Positions 18,765-42,533 of a stretch of 64,000 nt of DNA are shown in pieces. The position numbers were made by a program, and so were the translations under genes. The DNA is from Piromyces finnis finn (Eukaryota; Fungi; Neocallimastigomycota): positions 1,116,001 to 1,180,000 of the forward strand of contig MCFH01000001.1 of NCBI GenBank assembly GCA_002104945.1. Direction: 5' to 3'. The notes under the pieces are model-generated. The model did no database searches and had not been told where the DNA came from. It saw only the letters and a list, made by a program, of their open reading frames with translations. Within the stretch, counting starts at the first letter, position 1, and each line of letters starts with the position of its first letter.

Positions 18765-19789
18765 TTTTATTTTTTAATACCTTTAACTAATCTTTTTCTT
18801 TATTATACTATTATTTTTTTTCTTCTTTTTTATGAAAAGTTTTTTTTTATTAAAACTCTATAATATCACAAATGTAACTACTACATATAACTTTTTTAAA
18901 TTTTTTATTCATTTTCATTTTGCCAATTCACCAATTGTTTCACTCATTTAAATTCAATTTTAAAATCATTACTTAGATTAGTAAATAATTGATAGTATAT
19001 ATAACTATATAATTATTTATTTTTTTATTTTTATTTTATTAAATAAATAATAAATAATATAATTTTATAATTTGTATTATTTTTTTTTAAATTAACAGGA
19101 TAGTAATTTTAAGAAAGGTATTAAACATTTTAAAAAATAATAATAATGAAAAAAAATACTATATCATAATCTATGTTTATAAATTAAAAAAAAAAATACT
19201 TTTTTAAAAAACTTCAAGTCTATTTCTATAAATTAAAAAAAAAAAGAGGAATACTATTTTAAAATCTATGTCTATAATAATTTTTTTTCTATACTATTTC
19301 TAATAATATATATATGAGTATATATATTAAAAGGTATTATTTTCTTTTAACATCTATCAATCTATATAATTGTTAGATATAATATATATATATATATAAT
19401 ATAAAAAAAGAAAGGTTAATGATATTTATAAAATATAATGGATTTTTTTTTTATTATTCGCTCATCTATAAATATTTATATTGAGTAAAAAAAAAAATAA
19501 AAAAAAAAAAAAGAATATATGAATAAAAAAGAAAAAAAAAAGTTGTGTAGTTTTTAATATTATTTAAATATTAAATCCTTAAAGTATTATTTATAAATAA
19601 ATAAATAAAAAAAAGTACATCATCTATTAATTTTTTTCCCTTGTATAATCCATTTTCTATATTTTTATAAGAAAAAAAAATCTAATACCATTAATTTTTA
19701 TGAATGTATCTATTCCTATTTTTTTAAAAAATATATATATAAATATTATATATATAGTGATCGATTTTTGTTAAAAAAATTTTTTTTTT

Positions 19790-20266
19790 TTAGAATGAAT
19801 TTGTTTTTGTTAATGATAATGTAAAGTTTCTTTTATTCTTTTCATTTTCATGTTTTGTGTGTGATGATAATGATTTACCAAAAGGTATTGTATTAAAGAT
19901 ATCATAACAACGAGGTTTCCAAATAATGGATAAAAATTCTGGATGATATATTGGACGGGAACGAACAGAAATCCCATTAAAAAGTTCAACACCATCCCAA
20001 AACCAAGGATATTTTGGGAAATAAGATAGTTCGCATTGATTTGCTGTTGTTAATACAATACTCACAGAGGAATATAATTTATCTTTATCTACATTTGCCT
20101 CTATAGTATTGTATTTTTTAGCATTTTGTTCGTGATAAAGACTATTTGGATGAAAGATGATTTTTTTATTATAAACATCATAATGAAACTTTGGAAGTTT
20201 AACTTCAGGCAAGGCTGATAGAATAGTCTTTTTTTTCTTTATTTCATTCAATGTTTTATCATAAGA

Positions 20267-20329
<63 letters not shown>

Positions 20330-21311
20330 AATTTTTGTAATATCATTTTCATATAATTCTTGGGTAGGAGGTTCTATTTCATTTTCTGATTTATTCTTAA
20401 TAAGAGAATATTTCCTTCCCTGATGTATTATTTTTATTTTTAATTGATGATAATTTGATACGATGGTATATTGAATTTCATAAAATTGATTTCTTAAAAC
20501 ATTATAAAGAAAAGTTTTATGAATGGGTATAATTTTTATGGATTTTATTTTCTCTGATATCACATTTTGACATGAATTATATTTATTTTGTATTATTAAT
20601 GAACCATTTTTTATCTAATAATGATTATGTTATTAATTTTTTTTTATAAAAATAAAAGTAAATAAAAAAAAAAAACATATAATAAAAATGTAGTATGGTG
20701 GTATATCGGTGGTATTATATGTATTTATATATTCAATTATATTAAAAAAATTGGGTAAAAGAATAAAGCGTTAAAAAAAAGGTATACATTTATATTAAAT
20801 AAAATATAAAAAAAAAAAATTAATATTTTAGCTTCATTTTTTTTTTTTAAATATCATATATGAATTATATAATATACAATAAAATAAAACACACCTTTAA
20901 ATATAATATATCTTTTTTTGATTTATGAATACTATTAGAATATTCGTTAAAATCGTTACTAGATCTATTTTCGGTTTCATGGGTTGTTAACGTATCGGAT
21001 AGGATATTAGTATTAATATTTTCTGAGGATTGAGTAGTTTTGATACTATTTATTTTATATACACTAATATATTTTCTCCATTGTTTTAATTGTTTTATTA
21101 TTTCTTTTACAGATGTAGTTATTCCATTTAATTCTATCTTTCTATTTTCAGACTTTAAATAATATCTATAAACTAAATAGGACAATCCGAAAATAAAAGA
21201 TATCAAACCAAAAATGATTAATGAATGTAAAATGTAAAATGAGGGTAGTAGTGAAGGGTCATGATTAACTATATTTTGTATATTTTGTTCTGAGACTGTA
21301 TTTAGTTTCAT
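19790..21311 (-). CDS. Uncharacterised protein with one N-terminal transmembrane helix, 2 exons, about 413 aa
   Basis: Exons 21311-20895 and 20614-19790 join in phase 0 (AAG|GTGTGT...TTAG|ATA). Hydrophobic FYILHSLIIFGLISFIFGLSYLVY, a poly-Asn tract and an aromatic-rich C-terminal block. Confidence 0.65.
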
Positions 21312-22054
21312 TTAAAAAAAAAAGTTTATGTTTTATACTTTGAAAAAGCTTTATATATATATTATTATTATTATTATTATCTAAGTAAAAAGGTTGTTTT
21401 TTTTTTTTATAAAAAGTTAAAAGAATAAAATAGATTTTATTAATTAGTTTATAAAAAAAATCTTTTTTAATATAAAACTATTTGTAATAAGAGGAAGAAT
21501 AAAAAAAAAAAAATAAATAGTTTTATATTTTCTTTATATAATTAAATTTTTACAAAATAAAAGAAAAATTAATGGAAACAAAAATAAAAAAAGAAAAGAA
21601 AGAAAAAAAGAAAAAACTCTTTTAAATATATATTATAATTTTAAAATAATTTTAATCCTATGCCAGGAATTTTAATATTTTTAAAAATTATATATATAAT
21701 TATAAATCAATGTACATGTCTTATATCATTAAATATTACTCTCTTTATTAATATAAAAAGAATAATATAATTTTATGGAAAAAAAATGAACGACTAAATA
21801 AATAATTATTTGGTTTTAAAAAAAAAATAATAATTAAATAAAACAATTCCGATGATAATAATTAATATATTCATTAATTGATACAAAAAAAAAAAAAAGA
21901 TAATTTATAATCTTATTATTAACTTTTTTTTTTCCCTTTCATTTTTAATTAAAATTTAGAATTGAATTTAAACCACATCTGTAACCATTATTTAATATTC
22001 AAAACAAATCTATATAATTTTCATATAAAATAAATTATTATTATTATATAATTG

Positions 22055-22087
<33 letters not shown>

Positions 22088-24554
22088 TTTATTAGTATTA
22101 TTATTTTTATTAGTATTAGTATTAGTAGTAAATAGTATGAATTATTAATTATTATTAATATAGAATTATATTATGAATTAATTAATATAAATATTATTAG
22201 TTCGATGATAATTAGGATGAATATCTAATTAAAGAATTTAATACCTATATTAATATTCGTTTGAATTTATAATTATTATTAGTATATTAATTAATATTTA
22301 AGAAAAGAAAAAAAAGTATATTATTATTATTATATATAATTATAATTCTACTTCAAAAATAGAATTAAAAATTTAAATGATAATCATTAAAAAAATATAT
22401 ATATTTAAATTTTAATTTTAATTTTAATCAGTATAAAAAATAATAATAATAACCTATTTGATTATTTTATATTTTATATATAAATCTATATATACTAAAT
22501 TCATTTTAAAATAAAATTATTCAGCAACAAATCCATATACAGGAAATAGAATCTAATCTAATAAAAACAAAGAACACATTCCATTAAAGTAAATATGGGA
22601 GATTTTTGTATATTTTAAAAGTTTAACTATTAATATTTTTTAATTATTCCAATTAAAAAAATCATTTATACAATGAAAAATTAAACTTTTTAAATTAATT
22701 ATTTTTAAATCTATTTTATTTAATAATAATAATTTGGTAAAAAAAAAAAGAAAAAGAAAAAGATCTGGCCTTAATAATAAAATAAATGAAAAGATTAATA
22801 AAAAAAAATTATACTATCACCACCGTTTTAGAAATTTTAAATAATTTATTAAAACTTTTTTTTTTTTAATAATATTATTAAATAAAATAAAATTAAATAT
22901 TTTTGTAGAAAAAATTTATTATTGATTTTCTAAGACATAGTTATTTTTCTAGATAATTAAATATCTCCAGAAAAAAGGCTAAAGATTAAAAGCTTTAAAA
23001 GGATAGAGTAGAACAAATAATTTTTTTTTTTAAAAAAAAAGTTTATTTTTATCTTTTGAGAAAACCATGTGAAAACTAAAAAAGGAAACCTAATATTTAT
23101 TTAAATATTTAACATTGATGAACATTTAATGAATTGAATTTATATTTATTATAAATAAAAATTCAAAAGATAAAATAAAGGATAAAATAAGAAATATACT
23201 TTTTTTATTAAAAAAAAAAAAAGTATATTTAAAATAAATAATTTAATAAAAAAATATATCACACAACATCTTTTCTTATAATATATTACCACAAAAAAAA
23301 AAAAAAAAACGTTATAAAATTTATCTATGAAAGAATTAAAAATAATACACTTTTAAAAAATAATAAAACTAAAATTACTACCTATATGAATACTGGATTT
23401 TAATTTTAATTTTAATTTTTTTTTTTTTTAAATCTTTATTTCGTTTTTTTATTTTTAGTTGTTTTTTTTTTTTTTTTTTTCTATTTTTTTTTTTTTATGA
23501 CTAAAAATGAATAAGTAAATCACGTTTTGAAGGCTTTTTTTTTTTTTTTTTTAAATTAGTATGAGAATTATCTTTTAATTCCTTTCCTTTCTTTTCTTTC
23601 TTTTCTTTTTTTTTTTTTTTTTTAAAAAAAAATTACATAAAAAAAATTAAATATCGAATAAATAAATTAAAAATTAAACTGTAGATTTAGGGTAAATGAA
23701 TTAAAAAAAATGGGAAAGAAAAATAAATTTGGTTTTTTTTTTTTTTGTTGTTGTTTTTTGTTTTTGAGATGAGGATATAGTTTAATTTATAAAAAGTAAG
23801 TCATTTTTTTTTTCAACTTTTTATTTTTTTAAAAAATAAAACTAGTTGAAAAATAACAAATGAATACCTTTTTTTTTTTTTTTCAATTAATAATAATTAA
23901 TAATAATATAATAAACCAAATGGTTATCTTTTTTTTTTTTTTTTATTTTGTGGGTATGAAATAATTTATAAATATATTTTTTTTAATGAATTATTAATGA
24001 CGAGTATTAGAGAATAATTCATTCTGTCATCATTTTGTTTTTTTTTTTTTTTTTCTTGTTTTTTTTTTATATTATTATTATTTTTATATACTTTTTCTTT
24101 CCGTTTTTTTTTTTAAAAAAAAATATTCTTAAAAAATTTATATTATTAAAATTCATGGGTTTTGTTTTTATTGTAAATAATTTATGTTTAAATTAAAAAA
24201 AAATTATAATTTATTATAAATAAACTTGTGTAATTTGGTTAAAATTTTAATAGATTAAAAAACACCTTTTCTTATTTAAACAATTTAAAAAAAATGATAT
24301 TATTATCTATTTGAAAAACTGAAAAAAAAAATTCGATAGTAAAAGTGTCAAATTATATATATCTATAAATACTTTTTTTTTTTAAACAAAAAAAAACTAT
24401 ATATAATATTGATTTATATTTTTTTTTCAGTTTTTAATAATCATTTCATTTAAATATTATATAATTAATAAATAAAAAAAGAAAAGGTTTTTTATTTTTA
24501 ATTAATAAGAATCATCATTTATATTCTATAGTTTAAATCTAGAGGCCTTTTACT

Positions 24555-26393
24555 TTAGCTCATCAACTTTACAGATTTCATAAACTTTTTAAATGGATTT
24601 GGATTATTCTTTCCACCGGAAGAACGACTAACGCCACTGTTAAGTGATCCATAATTATCTAAACGGAAGGAAGCAATTGGTATTGGTGGTGTAGTAATCA
24701 TTTGGTATTGTTGTCCTTGACTATCTGTATTAATAGATATTTGGACATCTTGTAATATACGTTGGCTGTTTGGTGAGGTTGAAAGATGTTTATATGGATC
24801 TTCATTTATATTTTGAATATATTGAATTGGTGGTCGGAAAACACAAACTTCACCTGGAACTGATTCATCATCAAAATCAAGTTCTAAGAAAGCTCTTATA
24901 AATTCGTGAGTTAAAGCGTAAATAAGTCTATTTCTTTGAACGTTTGAGAAATGTAACATTTGTTCTGGGGAAATAGACATCTTACGTTCACCTTGATTAT
25001 TATTTTCAGCGTTCATATTCATTATTTCTTCATCAGCTTCTAATTCTCTCTTTCTTTTATCTAAATAACTAGTTAATAATCTGATGGCATTAATTTTGTA
25101 TTCTTCACCATATACATTGGTATTATCTAATTCATCAATCATTTGACGCTTAATATCACTTCTATTAAATTTTGCATAGGAGGATTCCATCAAGGCAAAG
25201 ACAGCTTCTCTTGCTTTATCAAAGACAGTGGTTAAATTACATGTCTTGCTATTTAATTGATTAAGAATATCTCTTCTTATTTTTTCATCAATATTGACTT
25301 CAATTTTACTTGAAGCATCTAAATAGGTTATGTAAATATATTGAGCAGCCTTGAGTTGAGCCTTGGCGTTTTCAAACATAAATATTTTGTATTGTTCGAT
25401 TTCAAGGTAAAAGAATAAATTTTCACAACAATAATCTTCGATAAGAGTGTGAAGGAAGTAGCAAAGTGGTACCTTACTCTTAAGCATAGCTTTTAAACCA
25501 TGTACAAGGATTTCTCCTACAGATACGTCTAAGCCTTCTTCATTATATTTATTGAAACTTTGATTATTTTGAGGTACTGGAGTAGAACTACTACTATTAA
25601 TACTAGTTTGGCTCATACTTGGACTTTGATATTGTTGTTTATTTATTCTATTTGATTTTTTGCCACTATTGCTACCTTCTCTTGCCATTAAATCTCTACG
25701 ATCGTTATCGCTGTAGGTTTCGTCATCAGAATTATATTTATCAGCACTATCTATTCTTTTATGACTTTTCTTTGGTTTTTCATAGATATGCATATCTCCA
25801 GATGACTTCATTTTTCTGTGTTTATGAAGATTTTTAGAACCAAAATTAGGTGAAAGATTACTATCCAACTTTCTATCATTTAAACTTAAATTACCCATTG
25901 ATCCGGTGATATCATTTCTAGAATTATACTCACCTCTTGGATCTCTTGGAACCATTTTACGAATAGAACTTGAAAGTTCTGAAGGTTTATTTAATACTGT
26001 TTCTGATTTTGTTTTTTCAATTTTTAAGTTATCCATTTCTCTTCTTTGATGATTCAATTGTTGTTGTTGTTGACAATATTGAATACTTTTTTGAATATCT
26101 TCTTGGTGTTTTTGTAATTGATATTTTAATTCTTGATTTTGTTTATAATATTTTTGTTTCTGGTATGCTTGTTGATAATCATCCATACTAGAACTTTTGT
26201 AATTTAAACTATCTTCTCTTTTATCATAAGTAGTTGTTGGTGGAGGAGCCATTGCAAATCCTGGTGAATTTTTTGATTGTTTTATTGAATTTAATACAGC
26301 ACTATCTGAATCGATATTTCTATGTTGTATTCTGTATTTCTTTGGATTACTAAATCTATTATAAGTTATATGATTTAATTCTTCATTATCCAT
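24555..26393 (-). CDS. RGS-domain (regulator of G-protein signalling) protein, intronless, 612 aa
   Basis: VPLCYFLHTLIEDYCCENLFFYLEIEQYK...AQYIYITYLDASSKIEVNIDEKIRRDI...VFDKAREAVFALMESSYAKF is a canonical RGS box, flanked by Q/S/N-rich disorder. Confidence 0.92.
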   Translation of the reverse strand: MDNEELNHITYNRFSNPKKYRIQHRNIDSDSAVLNSIKQSKNSPGFAMAPPPTTTYDKREDSLNYKSSSMDDYQQAYQKQKYYKQNQELKYQLQKHQEDIQKSIQYCQQQQQLNHQRREMDNLKIEKTKSETVLNKPSELSSSIRKMVPRDPRGEYNSRNDITGSMGNLSLNDRKLDSNLSPNFGSKNLHKHRKMKSSGDMHIYEKPKKSHKRIDSADKYNSDDETYSDNDRRDLMAREGSNSGKKSNRINKQQYQSPSMSQTSINSSSSTPVPQNNQSFNKYNEEGLDVSVGEILVHGLKAMLKSKVPLCYFLHTLIEDYCCENLFFYLEIEQYKIFMFENAKAQLKAAQYIYITYLDASSKIEVNIDEKIRRDILNQLNSKTCNLTTVFDKAREAVFALMESSYAKFNRSDIKRQMIDELDNTNVYGEEYKINAIRLLTSYLDKRKRELEADEEIMNMNAENNNQGERKMSISPEQMLHFSNVQRNRLIYALTHEFIRAFLELDFDDESVPGEVCVFRPPIQYIQNINEDPYKHLSTSPNSQRILQDVQISINTDSQGQQYQMITTPPIPIASFRLDNYGSLNSGVSRSSGGKNNPNPFKKFMKSVKLMS

Positions 26394-27976
26394 TATAAAT
26401 ATTAATAATTGGTTATTATATTATTACTTTTTATTAATAATAAATTTTTTTTTAGAAAATTAAAAATTAATATTAAATAATAATAATATTCCCAATAAAG
26501 ACAAATTTATATATTAAAAATATACATATACATAATAAATATATATTAAAAACTTTGTTAACAAATTATGTTACCAATATTAAAATTTTCATATTATTTT
26601 CTTCTATTTTTATTATACTACATTCATCATAGTTTACTAATATAATATGAAAACATAAAAAAATAAATAAAATACTTTAAGTTTTTCAATTAGTTACCTT
26701 TTTTTTTTCTTTTATTTTTTTTTTCTTGTTGTAATAAATCTGTAGTTTTTTTTTTTTTTAATGATTAATCAATTTAAATTCTATAATTACTCAATTTTAA
26801 AAAAAAAAAAAAAGAAAATTACTTCCTTCTTGTTTATATATAATATTTATTTTATTATGTAAAATAGATAAATTTAATTTTATATCATAAACAATATATA
26901 TTTAATATATGTTAATATATTACATTTATATTTATATTAATTTATTAAACAATATTAATAGTAGAATAAAGAAATTAATATAGTAAAAACTATATATTAA
27001 TATAATAAAAAAATTTTTTATATCAAGTTTAATATCATGAATTGTTATACAGCCTTTTCCTTTTTTAATATAAATTTATTATATTTAAATAAATTGCCGT
27101 AATATTTATTAATATATTAATTATAATTATAATGATTTTAATAACAGTAATTAATATATTTTTAATATATTTACATAATATTAATTTATTTATTATATAT
27201 ATTAAAATATTTATACAATTTATTATAATATATTGAATTTTTATAATTTTTTTTTATATATTAATGATATAATTCATCACAAAATAACTTTTAATTATCT
27301 TAATTCATATATAAACTTTATTATCAATAATTAAAATACCACTACTTTTTACCATGCAACCTTTTTTTATAGGCACAATTTCAAAACTATAAAGCTTAAA
27401 TTATAATTAAAAAAAATTGTTCGTTTATAATAAAAAAGTTTTATTATAAATAAACAATAGACATCAATTATTTTACATAATAACAAGTGTTACCATCACA
27501 ATAATTCTTTATAGAAATGTAGCATTTATTAATAAATTTAATGTAACATAGATGATATATTCAATACTGTATATTATTAATAATAATTATTAAACAAAAA
27601 AAAAAAGAAATGATATAATATATATTTTATATATTTTATATTATCTAAGGTAGATTTAGGTAAAAACGTAGAAAAACTTCAAGATAGTACATAAGAAAAA
27701 ATATATATAAAAAAAAGTTAAACATTTTTTACAATGAATAATAATAATCAATAGAAATATAATAAATCAGGTGCTTATATAAAAGAAGAAATAAATATAA
27801 GCCAATATAATGGGTAATAATGAATAATGTATTAAAAATAGTTCAATTTTTTTAAATCAATGTTTTTTGATTAGGCCATATTGAATTAAGTTATTTTTGT
27901 TATTTGTTTGTTTATTTGTTATTTACACATGTTTTTTATAGGATATTTTTATGGGTTATTTATTTTTGTTATTCTA

Positions 27977-28142
<166 letters not shown>

Positions 28143-31100
28143 TATACTTTTTATTTTTTTTTAATCTATTCAAAAATTATTTAAAAATTAATTTAAAATA
28201 AATATGATTTAAAGTTTATTAATCAACTTATAAAAATATAATAATTACAATTATAAATTTGTGAAGATGACTATATTATATTAAATATAAATTAAATTTA
28301 ATATATATAATTTATTAGTATTGAATAATTAAATTTAATTTTTTTTTAGATTTCAGAAACATCTTTTAAAAAAACTTTATTCAATTATCCCATAAACAAA
28401 TGTATTTTTAATTCTATTCATTTATAACTATAATCTTAAATTTATAATACTTTATTTCCCTTAAAAAAAAAAGAATAATAAATAAAAAGGTTTTATAAAA
28501 GGATAAATTTTTGAACAATTAAAAATGACTTTTATCTAATACTTTTTTAATTTAAAAAAGGAAAAATAAATAAATGAAAAAACAATTAAAAATTATTATG
28601 AATTAAACTTTAATATTGTAAATTTTGTATTACATTACATAATCCAATTTTATTATAATTTTAATAAAAAAAAACATATTATTCTAATGATGATTTATTA
28701 TCATTCAACCAAACTTTTTGTTGAATGAGAGTCAATAGATAGGGCAATAATCATACTGCTTAACATTATAGTAATAATAATTATCTATATTATTTGGTAT
28801 TCTAAAATAATGAGATAGATACTAATAAACATTTATACTTTTGATATTATAGTAATAATAATTTATATATATCTATATTAATTATATTAATTATACTAGT
28901 AATCTTTTTTAAATTTAAACACTATAAATGTCAATCTTTGATATAAAATTGTACAATACTAATATTACTTATTATAATTAATATTGCATGAATTTATAAT
29001 ATTATTCAATAATGCATATTACTGGCCGGCTTTTTTTTTTTATTTATTATTATTTTATTTTCTCTTTTTATTTTGATCAATTTAATTTATGATAATGTAT
29101 CCAAATCTTTAATAATATACAATAATAATTCTTTGGTAGCAACAAATAAAACTATAAATTTCATTACTATTTTTTTTTTAAACAATGCATCCCTTTTTAC
29201 TTGAAATTATAATTTCATTTAAAATAAAACATCATCATACTTTTCTTTAAACTATTGTTATTATGTTCATTATGCTTTGTTGTTTGATGCCACTTTTTCA
29301 TTATTATTAATTCTTTTATTATTAACAAAATATTATTACAAAAAAGGGATAATAAGCAATTTAATATTACGATAGAGTTTCGTATGATAATAATTATTAT
29401 ACAAAAAAGATGATTTTTACATAAAGATCAATATTACATAAATAAATAGGTTTATTATGTGACATATTAATTATAATAACTTTTTACATTTATTATTTTG
29501 GGAAATAAAAAAAACTTTTAATAAAAAAAAAACTAAAAATAAAAAAAAGTTGACCAATATTTTATTCCTACCATTCTTTATATAAACCTTAAAAAATAAG
29601 AATTTCATTTTAATATTACATAAAATAGATATTATAGGAAATAAAAAAAATAATTAAAAAAAAAAGGATAAAAATATTAAAACGGCAAAAAAAAACAATT
29701 ACTTTAAAATCTCCATATAAATAAATTAAAGGAAACCTCTATTATCACCCAGTATATATTTAATCTTGATAAATAAAAGACTTTTAATACAAAGATTAAC
29801 ACTTATAATCAGTAAGAAAAAAAAAGAAAGACTTGTTTATCATCATCAATAAAAGTAATTATAAATTTAAAATGGCCAGGATAAATGTTGATTATTATTA
29901 GTTTTGTTAAGCTATAACAATTTTATTCCTTTTTTTTTTTGGTTTAGTTCATGCTATAAAAAGAAATATTTATTGGCAAATGAATATAAAACATATGAAT
30001 AACATTTTTGTTCAGTTCTTTGTGTAATTTAATTTAGATTTTAATTAATTCCAACTAAATTAAATTTAATTTAATTCTATTATTAATTAAAGTTTATTAG
30101 ATATTAATATATTTGTTTATTTTAATATACAGTTATAAATAGGTGTGAATAAATATTAATATGTGACACTCAATTTATTAATATAATATTAATATTATTA
30201 AACACATGGACTTTAAACGGTATCAATTGAATGTAACACAAAATAAATTACTTTTTAATATTGTTGATTAAACAATAGTATTACTATTTTCATTAAAATA
30301 AATTTTATTTTATATTATTTTTAAATCATAATGACTTCATTTTTTGATATTAAAATCATTGATGTTGTATGGAGGACAAAGATTTTATATTGATTTAGAT
30401 CATAAATGTAACAATAAAAAAAAATAGATTAAATTGTCATATGATTTTTTAGTTCATGTGTGAAACAAAAAAAATTGACTTGAAATTGTTTCTTTTTTTT
30501 TTTTTTAATTCTTATGAAATGGTTAAGCAATTTTCTTTCTACTCTTTTTTATTTTAGTAAAATAAAATAAAATAAAAAAAAGAAAGAAATCTATAGTTTA
30601 GTCTTTTAGCTATATTTTTCATTTTAATCATTATTTATTTAAAGTATTTACTTATTTTAATGGTAAATATCTTTATTAACCATTTATATGTGTCATCGGA
30701 AATGCTAATAAATAATACATTAAAGCTTTTAATGGTATAAATAATAATTATGTGAATAAAAGATATTAAAACAACATTGTGATTTTTATTATGTCCCTCA
30801 TTCCAATGATCCTTTTATATTTTAGCAAGCAAAATATCATTGTGTTATACATTAAATACAATTTTAATATTCTGATTTTTTTTTTCAAAAAATGTTTTTA
30901 TAATAAAAAAAATAAATGTAACATCATATTAATTATAGATAAATAGTTGATTCAAGATCTATATTAGTATCTATCATAACTAATCAAAAAAGGAATTAAT
31001 CCTAACATTTTATTTCTATATTTCTATGAATGAAAATGAATGTTATAAGCAAAACTATGAGTTTATTCATTAGAATATTATATATAATAATGTTATTATC

Positions 31101-31233
31101 AAATAATAACACTTTTTAAAATTGGTTGTTTTTTTTTTAAAGAAAAAATTAGTAATACAGAAATAGATCGGACAATAATTTAATTTTTTAATAATGTTAA
31201 TGTGGTGTAGAAACCATAAAAACAAAAAATTTA

Positions 31234-31395
31234 ATTTATTTATTTGTTTACTTATTTATTTATTTATTCATTCATTCATTTATTTATTTATTTGTTTATT
31301 TATTTATTTGTTTATTTATTTATTTGTTTATTTATTCATTCATTCATTCATTCATTCATTCATTTATTTATTTGTTTGTTTATTTATTTATTTGT

Positions 31396-31466
<71 letters not shown>

Positions 31467-31490
31467 TTTATTCATTCATTTATTAATTTA
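31234..31490. repeat. (TTTA/TTCA/TTTG/TTAG)n tetranucleotide tract
   Basis: Direct reading; source of the FIYL-type spurious ORFs. Confidence 0.9.
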
Positions 31491-32344
31491 ATAATTTGAT
31501 AATTATAAAGAAATAAATAGTTAAAAATAGTATCATTAAATCTCTTAATTATGATATATAGTTTAATAAGAAAAGAAAAAAAAGAAAAAAACAACAAAGG
31601 ATTAATTATCACAAAAAGTTTCAAGTGTTAACTAATACTATTGAACTTGTATAGTATTTTTTTAAAATTTTAAACTTTTAATTAAAATCAATTTGGATTG
31701 TATCCTACATTTAATATAATTTATGATAACCCTATAAAATACTAAATGTTGAAAACCTGATTTAAAGTGGTATTAAGAATAGTGTTTAATATCTATTTTA
31801 ATATATATAAATATCTTTAACAATATTATATATATTACATTAGGTTAAGTGATAATTTAAATATTTCATGGTGAATTTTTAAACTTTTTCAATTTTTACA
31901 GGTAAAAAACTAAATAAACTTTATTTAATTGAATATTATTTAATAAAAAACAAAATTAAAAGAAAAAAAAAAACAATTCTAAAGTATTCTAAAATTTTAC
32001 AAAATAAAGCCAAATATTTTTTTATTCTTATACGGTTATCCGTTATTTAGTTGGCGTATTATTTAGAAATATACCTCATTTACAATAGATATAAATACGA
32101 GAATATAGAAAATAACAATTATATAATTTGAAATCTATTATTTTCAACCAAAAATTACATCAATGGATATCATTTTTTTATTTACAAATTTATAAATTCT
32201 ATTATTCTCTATATAAATTTTAATTTATAATAAATAAATAAGAAAATTAAAAGCGTTTTGGAAAAAATAAAATAATCATTAAAATAGGCATTTTTATCGA
32301 TTATCATCAATATTTTTTTATATTCAATATAAATTAGATACAAA

Positions 32345-41613
<9,269 letters not shown>

Positions 41614-42261
41614 ATCAGTTTTTAAAAATTTGTTTTTCCTATTTTTTGCTTCTAATTCTATTAAAATTGGATTTTTAGAATAATTAATATATATATTCAT
41701 ATTATAACTTCATAATTATTTTTCAATAATGTATATAATTATCGATATTCAATTTTTTATCATAATCTTTTTAGTTTAATAATATGTTTTTAACTTTTAA
41801 TATACTTTAATTGTATCAATTATTAAAAAATAAAATATAGATAAAAGATATATATTATAAGTATTTCATAATTACTTTAATATTTTTTAAATCATAATTA
41901 ATTATGCTAAATCCTATTTTTTACTTTTAATTAGTTATGAAATATAATTAATGATTTTATTTAATACACAAAATAAAAATCAAAATTAAAAATTTTTAGA
42001 TTACAATCTAAAAAGCTATTAAATTTTATTTTAATTGACAACTATATTATTATATAGTATTATAAAATAATGTTAGATAGATAAATAGGCATACTCTTCA
42101 ATATATCATATTCACATTATTTCTATAATATAAAATATTAATTTATATATAATATTAAATACAAAAATAAAATATTTTTGAATTGACAGCTTTATATATA
42201 ATCCTATAATTAACTTAAATTTATAATTATTATTTTTAAAAATAATTCAAATATTAAAGTC

Positions 42262-42308
<47 letters not shown>

Positions 42309-42533
42309 TGAAACTTTTATTTTTTATTATATGAAAAAAAATTATATATTAATTATAATAAAAAATAATAAAAAATAGTAATAAATATATATCGTATGAT
42401 AAATATGTACAATATTTTATAATTATATAATATAAAATAATAAAAAAGGTTTTAACTCTATGTAGATGGTTTTATAAAAATATCAATCTTTTTAATAATT
42501 ATCATAAAACAAAGTATTAATAAATGAGTAATA

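Noticed and set aside
28701-28728. 9-bp inverted repeat tcattcaac/gttgaatga as terminator or MITE end
   Set aside because: Short, isolated and expected by chance in AT-rich DNA.
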